Positions 11,310-19,717 of a DNA stretch of 64,000 nt are shown here, one piece after another. The notes beneath the pieces were generated by a model. The model did no database searches, was not told where the DNA came from, and saw only the letters and a list, made by a program, of their open reading frames with translations. The first letter of the stretch is position 1, and every line of letters starts with the position of its first letter. The position numbers and the translations under genes are program-made. The DNA is taken from the NCBI GenBank assembly GCA_029262235.1, contig JAJCZU010000004.1, positions 991,231 through 1,055,230 on the forward strand, in the 5' to 3' direction. The stretch is from Candidatus Eiseniibacteriota bacterium (GTDB taxonomy: Bacteria > Orphanbacterota > Orphanbacteria > Orphanbacterales > Orphanbacteraceae).

Positions 11310-11367
11310 AAGACCGGTCGGCTCCCGTGTTTTTCACCTACACTTCACTCTTTTTCGCTGCACTTCG

Positions 11368-14121
11368 CTACTGAAACGTGTTCTCGCGCAGCAGCCGATA
11401 CTCGTTGGCATCCTTCTCGACGCCTTTCGCGACCGACCATTCCGCTGCCGTGTCGTAGAGCATCCACCGGACTTCTGCCGGGTACTCGTGAATCGGCCGC
11501 CATTCCACTTTATCCGCAAGATAGGTAAAGGAGGGGGGCGCGCCCTTGCGAACGGCGCTCAGCACCGGGTTCAGAAGCGCGCCGCAACCGGTAACATCGC
11601 CGCGCGCGAGCCGCGTGCGCGCCAGCAGAATCGTCGCGAGGTCGTTGTAGTCCGCGATGGCGCGCGCGTCTTCGAGCGCACGCACCGCCCCTTCCAGGTC
11701 GTTTCCGAACAGCGCAAGCAGGCCGGCCGTGCATTCGACTTCCGCGTTCTGGGGGTCGATGAGGCGCGCTTCGTCGATCTGTTTCGACGCGTCCTCGAGA
11801 CGGCCTTCGCGAATCAGATAGCGGGCGTAATCGGAGCGGAGTTCGGGAATCCCGTTTCGCCGCTTGAGCGCCTGCATGAAGTAGTCGTCCGCTTCTTCTT
11901 TTCGCCCGTTGAATCCGAATGTGAGGCCCACGCCCCAGAGCGCCCCCGGGTGATCCGACTGGTAAGCAAGCACGCGTTCGTACGCTGCGGCGGCGGGCTT
12001 CAACTGACCGTCGCGCAGGTACGCGTTTCCGAGCGCGTGATCGATGTCGTAACGCTCGTTCGCGTCAACGGCAGCGGCGCCCTCTTCGAGCACCGCGATC
12101 GGGGCCTTGCGGTCGCCCGTCCTGTGAAAGACGGTCTGCGCGAGGCGGATCCAGGGGCCGGCAACGGCCGGGTGCTTGTCGACGGCAAACTGGGCCGCGC
12201 GCACGGCGGCTTCATTCTCGCCGAGAACCGAACGCGTGTACGCCATGCCGGTCCAGGCACCTTCGTCATCGGGAGAACGCGCGATCGCCTTGTCGAGCAG
12301 TGCGAGCGCTTCGTCAGGCTCCCCGTTTTCGAGTTTGTCCATGGCGGCTACCACGAGCGCCGGTGCGAAATACTTGGCAACCGAAGTATCCGTCAACACC
12401 TCTTCCAGAAGCGCGAGCAGTTGAGGGTCGAACTGTTCGAGTCTTTCGCGCACGATCTCGCGCGTATCGTATTCGTCGCGCTTCGGGCTGAAGTACGAAT
12501 TGATCCCCTCTGCGAAGTACTCCCAGACGCTCGAGCCCTGATAGCGTGAAACAAACGTCTTCCGGCCGGCCTCTTCCTGTTCTTTGGCGCGCGCGTACTC
12601 TTCCTGAATCCGCCGCTTCTCCTCGGGAGTCAGAACGTAGTGCACCTGATGGGAGAGTTCGTGCAGCACGGTGTTGTACTTCTGATAGATCGTGCGCTCG
12701 ACGTCCTCGACACCCGTTACCGTGTTGAAGCCGCCGCACCCGCGCACGTCGTCCCACAGGCGCGAGTCGTACGAGATCCGCTGGTCGGCGAGCTCTTCGA
12801 GAAATGGCGACTCCGAAAGCCGCTCATGAAGCGGTTTGATGTAGTACGTGGCGCCCGCCTCGTTCAGCACGGGTATAAAACGCGCCCACTGCGTCATCGA
12901 AAGCGCCACCCGTTTCTGGTGGCGTTCGCTCAGCGCGTCCCAGTTCAGCACGAACTGCTCGACCCCCGGAATCACGGGGAGAGCGGACAGGTCGAGTTTG
13001 CGTTGATACAGATCGCGGTTCACGTTGACGCGGAGCTTCTTCCACTCCATCGCCTTCGCGAACGCGTTGTGTGCCCGGCCGTAGTCGGGGCAGATGTGCA
13101 GCGCCTGCTGAAAATGCGCGATCGCCGAGTCGGCCTGACCGCGTTCCCACGCGATGACGCCGAGGAGCAGATCCGAGTCGACGAGATCCGGGAACGCCCG
13201 GCGCACGTTGCGCAGCATCGCTTCCGCCTGATCGCGCTTACCCTGCTTCATGAGGTTCCGCGATTCCCTGAGATACGCTTCGCCCTCGGCATCCTGGAAC
13301 GCGCCGGGATACGCTTCTTCGATCTCCGAGTAGTTGTAGTCGGTGTAACCGTTCCCGAGCAGATAGTGCGAGGCCTCGTGATACGGATCCAGTCGCAGCG
13401 CTTCCTTCCCGATCGCGATCGCCTCGCTCACTTCGCCGAGGCGAATCAGCACGAGCGTGACGGCGTAAAGCAGATCCGGCGTGGGCGGGGCTTCGCCGAG
13501 AGCGTGCGTCAGCAGGTCCGCGGCGGCCTCGTAATCGTTTTCGCGATACGAAATGTTCGCGAGGCCGAGCAATGCGCGCGCCCGGTCTTCCGGACTGTGC
13601 GTGATCGCGAGCAGCCGGTCGTAGTCCGCTTTGGCGTCGTCGTACCGGAGCGTCTGATAGGCGAGCGACCCCCGCCCGAATAGGCCTGCGATCGCGTCTT
13701 CGTCCTCGGCGAGAAGCCGCGTCACCATGCTGTCGACACGGGGCAGATTCTCCTGCGCGTTCCAGAGACGAATGCGCAGCCTGGCCAGCGCGTCCTGGTC
13801 GGCGCCCCCCGCTTCGGCCATGCGGATCTCCCGCTCGGCGTCTTCGAAGTTGTACATCGTCAAGTGAATGTCTGCCCAGAGAAGCGCCGTCCGCGCCGGA
13901 TCCTCGTCCGCCAGGCGTTCTTCCGCAATCAGCGCGACCGCCTGCGGAATGCGCCCGAGCGACACGAGATCTTCGGCCCGATCAAGCCCCTCGTTCCCTT
14001 CACGTTCGAGATCTTCGATTCGCTGCATGCGGCTGTCGCGTACTTTGTCCAGAAACCGTGTGTCGGCGCTGCTTTCCGACACGAGAAAAAATATCGCCGC
14101 CAGGGCGAACACAAGGCGCAT
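11368..14121 (-). CDS. Secreted TPR-repeat protein with a central anthrax-lethal-factor/Pro-Pro-endopeptidase-like Zn-metallopeptidase domain
   Basis: Sec signal peptide. TPR-like repeats on both sides of LWDDVRGCGG...TVLHELSH...EYFAEG. Confidence 0.75.
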   Translation of the reverse strand: MRLVFALAAIFFLVSESSADTRFLDKVRDSRMQRIEDLEREGNEGLDRAEDLVSLGRIPQAVALIAEERLADEDPARTALLWADIHLTMYNFEDAEREIRMAEAGGADQDALARLRIRLWNAQENLPRVDSMVTRLLAEDEDAIAGLFGRGSLAYQTLRYDDAKADYDRLLAITHSPEDRARALLGLANISYRENDYEAAADLLTHALGEAPPTPDLLYAVTLVLIRLGEVSEAIAIGKEALRLDPYHEASHYLLGNGYTDYNYSEIEEAYPGAFQDAEGEAYLRESRNLMKQGKRDQAEAMLRNVRRAFPDLVDSDLLLGVIAWERGQADSAIAHFQQALHICPDYGRAHNAFAKAMEWKKLRVNVNRDLYQRKLDLSALPVIPGVEQFVLNWDALSERHQKRVALSMTQWARFIPVLNEAGATYYIKPLHERLSESPFLEELADQRISYDSRLWDDVRGCGGFNTVTGVEDVERTIYQKYNTVLHELSHQVHYVLTPEEKRRIQEEYARAKEQEEAGRKTFVSRYQGSSVWEYFAEGINSYFSPKRDEYDTREIVRERLEQFDPQLLALLEEVLTDTSVAKYFAPALVVAAMDKLENGEPDEALALLDKAIARSPDDEGAWTGMAYTRSVLGENEAAVRAAQFAVDKHPAVAGPWIRLAQTVFHRTGDRKAPIAVLEEGAAAVDANERYDIDHALGNAYLRDGQLKPAAAAYERVLAYQSDHPGALWGVGLTFGFNGRKEEADDYFMQALKRRNGIPELRSDYARYLIREGRLEDASKQIDEARLIDPQNAEVECTAGLLALFGNDLEGAVRALEDARAIADYNDLATILLARTRLARGDVTGCGALLNPVLSAVRKGAPPSFTYLADKVEWRPIHEYPAEVRWMLYDTAAEWSVAKGVEKDANEYRLLRENTFQ

Positions 14122-14185
14122 GGGTGTTCCTTTCAGAATTCAAAACCGATTGCAGGACGGGGCTGTGCCGCCGGTCTGCCGTTCC

Positions 14186-16066
14186 CTACCGTTTTGCGGC
14201 GGACCGCATCAACAGGAAAACAACTACCCCAAAGAGGGCGACGGAGACAAGGGAGGAATCGAGAACCGGAATCGGAAGTGCCACATTAAAGAAGATGAGC
14301 GTCGCCAGAACGACACCCGTAATCGCCTCGCCCGCGACGAGGCCGCTCGAGAAAAGCACGCCGCGACTTTGCGCGTCTTTCGCCTTTTCGCCGCCGCCCG
14401 CCGCCCGCGCCACGAGCATGCTGGCGATCCCGCCGACGAGGATCGGTACCGAGAGCGAAAGCGGCAGGTAGATCCCGACCGCGACCGGCATGATGTGCAT
14501 CCGGAACGCCGCGCCCGCGCGCAGCAGGAACTGATCGATCACGATGATCGTAATGCCGATGCCCGCGCCCCAGTAGATCATGTTCCACGGCAGCGTGCCC
14601 CCGTGGAACATCGTGCTTGTAAGGCTCGCGAAAAGCGTGGCCTGCGGCGCACGCAGCTGGTCGCCGATGCCGTACGCTTCATGCAGCACGATCAGAATCG
14701 GCGCGATGATGAACGCCGGCACGACAACGCCCAGAACCTGCATCCACTGCTGTTTTACGGGCGTGGCGCCGACCAGGTAGCCCGTCTTGAGATCCTGCGA
14801 AACGTCCCCCGCCGTGCACGCCGCGCAGCAGACGACCCCCGCGATCCCGAGCACCGCAATGATCCCCGTCATCCCGCTGAGACCGAGAAGCAGCAGGAGG
14901 CCGCTCGCGAAAAGCACCGTGCAGATCGTCATGCCCGACACCGGATTGTTCGAACTTCCGACGAGGCCCACGATGTAACTCGACACGGCGACGAAGAAGA
15001 AAGCGGCGATCGTCATGATGAGCCCGGCCGAGATACCCACGAACGCGCCGCCCGCGAGGTGAATGTAGAGTCCGAAGATGAACGGCAGCAGAAGCACGAG
15101 AATGAGGCTGAGCGTCTTCATCGACATGTCGCGATCGGTGCGCGCGATGCTCGCGTCGTGGCCGGCCTGGTATCCGCCGATGCCGCCCGCGATCCCTTTG
15201 CGAATGCCGTGGCGCACGCTCCAGATCGACCAGAGTCCGCCGATGACCATCGCGCCGACGCCCATGTAGCGGATCTGCGCGTTCCAGACATTCCCGGCGT
15301 GCGCGACATAGTCCGTGACACCTTCGAGTCCGGTCGCGCTCACGTAGATCGGGATCGCGATCACCCAGCCGATCAGCCCGCCCATGCAGACGAGCGCGGC
15401 GATGTTCGGCCCCACGATGAAACCGACGCCGAGAAGGGCGGGGGAGAGATCGCTCCCGAAGTAGAAGATCGAGTTGCCGGCGCGCGTCGCCCATTCCACC
15501 GCCCCTTTGATGACCGCAACGCCGCCGATCAGCGACTTGAAGCCCGCGCCGATCAGCATCGCGGCCAGGATCGCCTTCATGCCCGAGCCGCCTTTTTCGC
15601 CGGCCTCGAGCACTTCCGCGCACGCACGCCCTTCCGGGTAGATGAGCTCTTTCTCTTCTACGATCAGCGCGCGACGCAGCGGGATCATGAACAGAACGCC
15701 GAGAAGCCCGCCGAAGATGCCGATCAGCGTGACCGGCCAGTAATGGAAGTTATGCCATGCGCCGGTCAGCACGAGGGCGGGCACGGTAAAGATGATACCG
15801 GCCGCGACGGACTCGCCTGCCGAAGCGATGGTCTGCACGATATTGTTTTCGAGAATGGTGCCGCGTTTCAGAATGCCGCGAAGAATGCCCATCGAGATGA
15901 CGGCGGCGGGGATCGATGCGGAGACGGTCATGCCGGCGTAAAGGCCGAGGTACGTATTGGCGGCCGTCATGACGACGCCGATCAGGAGTCCGATTCCGAT
16001 CGCGAGCGCGGTTGTTTCCGCGATGTTCCTGCTGGCGGCTACGTACGGCTTGAATTCCGAACTCAA
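14186..16066 (-). CDS. OPT-family oligopeptide transporter
   Basis: Motifs ANTYLGLYAGMTVSASIPAAVIS, ENNIVQTIASAGES, YPEG, SSNNPVSG, QDLKTGYLVGATP and APQA; many TMs; TTG start. Confidence 0.93.
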   Translation of the reverse strand: MSSEFKPYVAASRNIAETTALAIGIGLLIGVVMTAANTYLGLYAGMTVSASIPAAVISMGILRGILKRGTILENNIVQTIASAGESVAAGIIFTVPALVLTGAWHNFHYWPVTLIGIFGGLLGVLFMIPLRRALIVEEKELIYPEGRACAEVLEAGEKGGSGMKAILAAMLIGAGFKSLIGGVAVIKGAVEWATRAGNSIFYFGSDLSPALLGVGFIVGPNIAALVCMGGLIGWVIAIPIYVSATGLEGVTDYVAHAGNVWNAQIRYMGVGAMVIGGLWSIWSVRHGIRKGIAGGIGGYQAGHDASIARTDRDMSMKTLSLILVLLLPFIFGLYIHLAGGAFVGISAGLIMTIAAFFFVAVSSYIVGLVGSSNNPVSGMTICTVLFASGLLLLLGLSGMTGIIAVLGIAGVVCCAACTAGDVSQDLKTGYLVGATPVKQQWMQVLGVVVPAFIIAPILIVLHEAYGIGDQLRAPQATLFASLTSTMFHGGTLPWNMIYWGAGIGITIIVIDQFLLRAGAAFRMHIMPVAVGIYLPLSLSVPILVGGIASMLVARAAGGGEKAKDAQSRGVLFSSGLVAGEAITGVVLATLIFFNVALPIPVLDSSLVSVALFGVVVFLLMRSAAKR

Positions 16067-16170
16067 TCGATCCCCCCGATGCTTAGTGACGCATGAAGTT
16101 TCTATATTCCGCGATCACGGGCCGGAAGTGAACTGTTTTCTCGAAAATGGGGGGCGCTTCCCCTCGCCCC

Positions 16171-16256
16171 TGCGAGGAGACCGGATTCCCCTCGCCCCTC
16201 GCCCGGGGCGGTCCGGCCACGGGACTCGGGGCTCGGTGAACCGGTCTCTCTCGCGC
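16171..16256 (+). repeat. GC-rich hairpin repeat, copy A (left inverted repeat of the M4 gene)
   Basis: 16179-16247 is the reverse complement of 18912-18980 at 67/69 positions. It is also self-complementary (GAGACCGG-A-TTC...GAA-CCGGTCTC). Confidence 0.9.
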
Positions 16257-16320
16257 GAGGGAGGGGAACGGGGAGGGGGAAAAGAAGGTGGTGGGGTGGA
16301 GCGAGAAGAAGGGGAGTGTG
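16257..16320 (+). repeat. Purine-rich low-complexity tract
   Basis: Strongly G/A-rich run (gagggaggggaacggggagggggaaaagaagg...) directly inside repeat A. Confidence 0.7.
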
Positions 16321-16374
16321 CGTGTGGTAGAATTGGGGGGCGAAAGCGATTTGGGTTCCGTGCGATTGCGCGGA

Positions 16375-18780
16375 ATGTACTCTACGTCCCCGGAGGCTGA
16401 AACGTTGTCTTGCCGTTCGACGCTCTTGATCGCCGCCATGATCATGCTGGCAGGCGCTGTGCCCGTGCGGGCTGACGTCATCGTCTATCGGAGCGAGTCG
16501 ACGGATCGCGCGACGACGCTCCGCGTGCCCGGCACCTCGACGAAGGTGGCGCAGAAGGCCGCGATCAGCGCGGTCGACGCGCGCGCGATCGCGGATGCGT
16601 TTCTCGCCGAGCACGGCGCGGTCGCCGGGCTCACGGACGCCGCCGGCCAGCTCGCGCATGTCGAGACGCGACAGGACGAACTCGGCCTCTCCCACGTGAT
16701 CTACCACCAGTATCATCGCGGGCTCCCCGTTCGAAACGCCAGCGTGCGTGTGCATCTGAACCAGACCGGCGATGTCTATCTCGCGACGCTGAAGGTCGTG
16801 ACGGATCTCCCGTTTGACGTAGTCGCGCGCGCCCCCGCAGATCAGGCGCGCGAGACCGCCGAAGACGCCGCCCGCGATCTGCTCCCCCAGTTCGCTGACA
16901 TTGCCGCCGAGATCGAAACGCCGGAGCTCGTGCTGCTGCCGCTCGGCCTCAGTCGCAACGAAGCAGCCGACGACACACGACTCGCATGGGAAACACACGT
17001 GACGTTTCCGAAGTGCGCGGATGGCGAGTGCCCGACGTTCGGAGCTCACGTCGCGATCGACGCGAAGAGTGGAAGCGTTCTCTACACATTGCGTGACTGG
17101 GAGGGGCTCGACCGCCGAGTGTATGACTGTTCGAAGGACGTCGGCGACGTGAACTGCTACATCGATTCCCCTGGAATCAGCGGTTATGTCCACGGCCGCA
17201 GCGAGGGGATGCCCGTTCGCGGACCGCACAACAATCCCGCCCTACCTCAGTTCGGCAGCACGGATGTGGACTACATGTATGACATCGCCTCTACCATGCA
17301 CGGTTTTGTTCAAACGAGTTTTGGAATCAACGGGGCGAACAACCAGGGTGGGGCTAGAAACGTGCCTCAAGAAGAGCACCAATCAAGATACTACGTTCAT
17401 TCCGAAGGATGGAATGGGCTATTGGACCCATATTGCCCCGGGGGAGCCTGGAATTCTTCTACGAACTCAATCGTGCTTTGCAATGGCGAAATCTATGATG
17501 ATGTTCTTGCACACGAGTATGGACACTCCATCGTTGACTGGTCCTTCACTTCGGGTGGTGTCGCCCTTGGCACAAATTCGTCAAATCCGCATACGCGTGC
17601 TCTGGAGGAGTCTCATTCGGACATCGTGGGTGAAGCATTTGAATTTAACCAAACCGGCGCGCTTGATTGGATGGCGGGCGGCGCCGTTGTTGACGGTCCC
17701 TGGCGTGATCTAATCGCGCCCCATGATTTCATTGATGAGCATGGTTTTCGTTATGCGCAACGGTTCTATGATCAATACTTCGATTGCGATCAAGGGGTCG
17801 GATCGGGTGGCTTCTACTCGAACTCCACCGTCTACTCGCACGCCATGTACCTCGCGTCCGAAGGCGGCGAGATGAACGGATGCGAGATCACGGGGCAGGG
17901 AATCGATTTCGTAACGCAAGTCTATCATCGCGCCTGGCGTGTCTACTTCAGCTCCAGTCAGAACTTCGACACCGCCGATGACAGACTCCTGCAAGCATGC
18001 AGCGATCTCTACGACTCGACGGCGTGCGGGGAACTCGCGAAGGCGCTGCAGGCTGTCGAAGCGGATCAGCTCGGCATCTGCGACGATCCGCAGGGGGCGG
18101 CGGGCGAGAGCGCCCCGGCGTGTGCGGTGGCTCACGGCGGCACGGCGCAGACGACGCAGGCCGACGCGACGCCGAGCGCCAGCTTCCAGGCGGGCGAGCC
18201 GGTCTGGCTGGCACTCGCGTCGGGAACGCCGAACCGCACCGTTGACTTCGTGCTCGCGCCGCACGACTCCGCGCGCCCGATCTGGGACGATCTGGACGCG
18301 CAGGCGCTCGACACGTCTTCGGGCACGCTCGACTCGACCGGCGCGCTGACGGCGTACTTCTTCACGCCGACGACCGAAGACACGTTCGACGTGATCGTCG
18401 ATGGCAATCAGGACGGCGACTACCAGCCGTGGGCCGACGAGACGATGACGATCATCGTCTCAGGCTTCGCGACCGATGTCCCCGAAGGCGCGGTCCCGAG
18501 CGCACGGGTTCTAGTGTCCGTTCGCCCGAACCCGTTCAACCCGACGACGAACTTCTCGCTGCGACTGCGCGAGACTTCGCGCCTGCGACTCACGATCTAC
18601 GACACCGCCGGCCGCGCGGTCCGCACGCTCGCGCGTGAATCCGCACTCGCCCCCGGCGACTACGATTTCACCTGGGACGGCACGGGCGACTCCGGCGCAC
18701 CCGTCGCGTCCGGGCTCTATCTCTACCGCATCGAAACCGCCCGCGGCTCCGAGTTCGGCAAAATCACGCTCGTGAAATAG
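16375..18780 (+). CDS. Secreted M4 (thermolysin-like) metallopeptidase with FTP/PepSY-like propeptide and C-terminal FlgD-Ig/T9SS-like domain
   Basis: Signal peptide; propeptide DELGLSHVIYHQYHRGLPV and AIDAKSG; LAHEYGH; ALEESHSDIVG (thermolysin AINEAISDIFG); C-terminal PNPFNP...IYDTAGRAVRTL...WDG...SGLYLYRI...KITLVK. Start uncertain between 16375 and ~16440. Confidence 0.85.
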   Translation: MYSTSPEAETLSCRSTLLIAAMIMLAGAVPVRADVIVYRSESTDRATTLRVPGTSTKVAQKAAISAVDARAIADAFLAEHGAVAGLTDAAGQLAHVETRQDELGLSHVIYHQYHRGLPVRNASVRVHLNQTGDVYLATLKVVTDLPFDVVARAPADQARETAEDAARDLLPQFADIAAEIETPELVLLPLGLSRNEAADDTRLAWETHVTFPKCADGECPTFGAHVAIDAKSGSVLYTLRDWEGLDRRVYDCSKDVGDVNCYIDSPGISGYVHGRSEGMPVRGPHNNPALPQFGSTDVDYMYDIASTMHGFVQTSFGINGANNQGGARNVPQEEHQSRYYVHSEGWNGLLDPYCPGGAWNSSTNSIVLCNGEIYDDVLAHEYGHSIVDWSFTSGGVALGTNSSNPHTRALEESHSDIVGEAFEFNQTGALDWMAGGAVVDGPWRDLIAPHDFIDEHGFRYAQRFYDQYFDCDQGVGSGGFYSNSTVYSHAMYLASEGGEMNGCEITGQGIDFVTQVYHRAWRVYFSSSQNFDTADDRLLQACSDLYDSTACGELAKALQAVEADQLGICDDPQGAAGESAPACAVAHGGTAQTTQADATPSASFQAGEPVWLALASGTPNRTVDFVLAPHDSARPIWDDLDAQALDTSSGTLDSTGALTAYFFTPTTEDTFDVIVDGNQDGDYQPWADETMTIIVSGFATDVPEGAVPSARVLVSVRPNPFNPTTNFSLRLRETSRLRLTIYDTAGRAVRTLARESALAPGDYDFTWDGTGDSGAPVASGLYLYRIETARGSEFGKITLVK

Positions 18781-18786
18781 AAAAGA

Positions 18787-18830
18787 GACGGCATCCCGTC
18801 CCTCTTCTCTTCTCTTCTCTTCTCTTTTTC
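18787..18830 (+). terminator. Possible intrinsic terminator of the M4 gene
   Basis: Short stem GACGG-CATC-CCGTC just after the stop, followed by a C/T tract. Confidence 0.35.
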
Positions 18831-18900
18831 TTTTCTCTTCTTCTTCTTTCTTCTCTTCTCGCTTCTTCCTCTTTATCCCCTTCGTTCCCTTCCCCTCTTC
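18801..18900 (+). repeat. Polypyrimidine tract including (CTCTT)5
   Basis: About 100 nt of nearly pure C/T, with five tandem CTCTT at 18802-18826. Confidence 0.9.
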
Positions 18901-18904
18901 ACGC

Positions 18905-18986
18905 GGCGAACAGACCGGTTCCCCGAGCCCCGAGTCCCGTGGCCGGACCGCCCCGGGCGAGGGGCGAGGGGAATCTGGTCCTGTCG
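18905..18986 (-). repeat. GC-rich hairpin repeat, copy B (right inverted repeat of the M4 gene)
   Basis: 18912-18980 is the reverse complement of 16179-16247 with 2 mismatches. Confidence 0.9.
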
Positions 18987-19007
18987 CCGCCCCAAGAGGG
19001 GATTTCG

Positions 19008-19586
19008 CTACTCCCTCACGCCTTTATCCTCCAGGCATTCCCGCAGTCCGTTCCTCGCGCGATAAAGCAGAACGCCCAGGTTCGTGGTCGTGACCGCGAG
19101 GAGGTCGCACACTTCGGTCGTCGGGAAGCCCTGCACTTCGCGCATCAGGAACGCGTTCTTCTGCTTGTCGCTGAGCCCTTCCATGCACTCCTGAATGTGC
19201 GCGCGCAGTTCCGCGTCGTCGAATAGCTGTTCGACGTCGCGCGGGGGCTTCATCCACGAACCGTTAGTGTCGAAGCGCGATTCGAAGACATCTTCGATCG
19301 AATCGTTCTCCTGGGCGCGTTTCTTGCGACGGAACGATTCGGAAATCTTGTTGTAGAGAATGCCGAAGAGCCAGGTTCGGATGTGGGATCGGCCTTCGAA
19401 TCGCTCGATCCCTTCGACGAAGGACAGGAAGGTTTCCTGGACGACTTCTTCGGCTTCCTGTTCGCGGACGCCGGCGCCGAGCGCGGCGCGGAAGAGCTGG
19501 TTGGCGTAGGCGCTTACGACAGAGTTAAGTGCTTCGTCGTCACGGTTCTTCACGCGGTCGAGAAATGCGGGGTCTGAAAAGTTCAA
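19008..19586 (-). CDS. ECF RNA polymerase sigma factor
   Basis: Region 2 AEEVVQETF...FEGRSHIRTWLFGILYNK and region 4 LLYRARNGLRECL. TTG start at 19586 preceded by GAGGT. Confidence 0.9.
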   Translation of the reverse strand: MNFSDPAFLDRVKNRDDEALNSVVSAYANQLFRAALGAGVREQEAEEVVQETFLSFVEGIERFEGRSHIRTWLFGILYNKISESFRRKKRAQENDSIEDVFESRFDTNGSWMKPPRDVEQLFDDAELRAHIQECMEGLSDKQKNAFLMREVQGFPTTEVCDLLAVTTTNLGVLLYRARNGLRECLEDKGVRE

Positions 19587-19717
19587 CGGCGCACCTCGTA
19601 TGGCGTAGCCACGGGGATGGTCTCCGGACGTCTGGATGCCGCATAGCGTAGCAACTGCGGGACGGAGTGACAACCAAACCCGTAGCACATGCCGGACCCG
19701 CCATGTACAATGCCGGG

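Noticed and set aside
11368..14121. Anthrax-like toxin
   Set aside because: Only the zincin motif pattern is shared. There is no PA-binding domain or translocation partner.
13868..16096. 742-aa plus-strand ORF, and similar long antisense ORFs such as 1448-2887, 32489-34822, 45126-46577, 48947-50419 and 51662-53236
   Set aside because: They are shadows of well-supported genes on the opposite strand. The translations are Arg/His/Ala-rich with no motifs, as expected in high-GC DNA.
17280..17800. Diversity-generating retroelement variable region
   Set aside because: No reverse transcriptase and no second near-identical template repeat in the window. The patch is long and internal rather than a short C-terminal VR.
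16171..18986. Autonomous IS/transposon or integron
   Set aside because: No transposase or integrase lies inside or nearby, I could not identify a target-site duplication, and the ends do not fit attC RYYYAAC/GTTRRRY.
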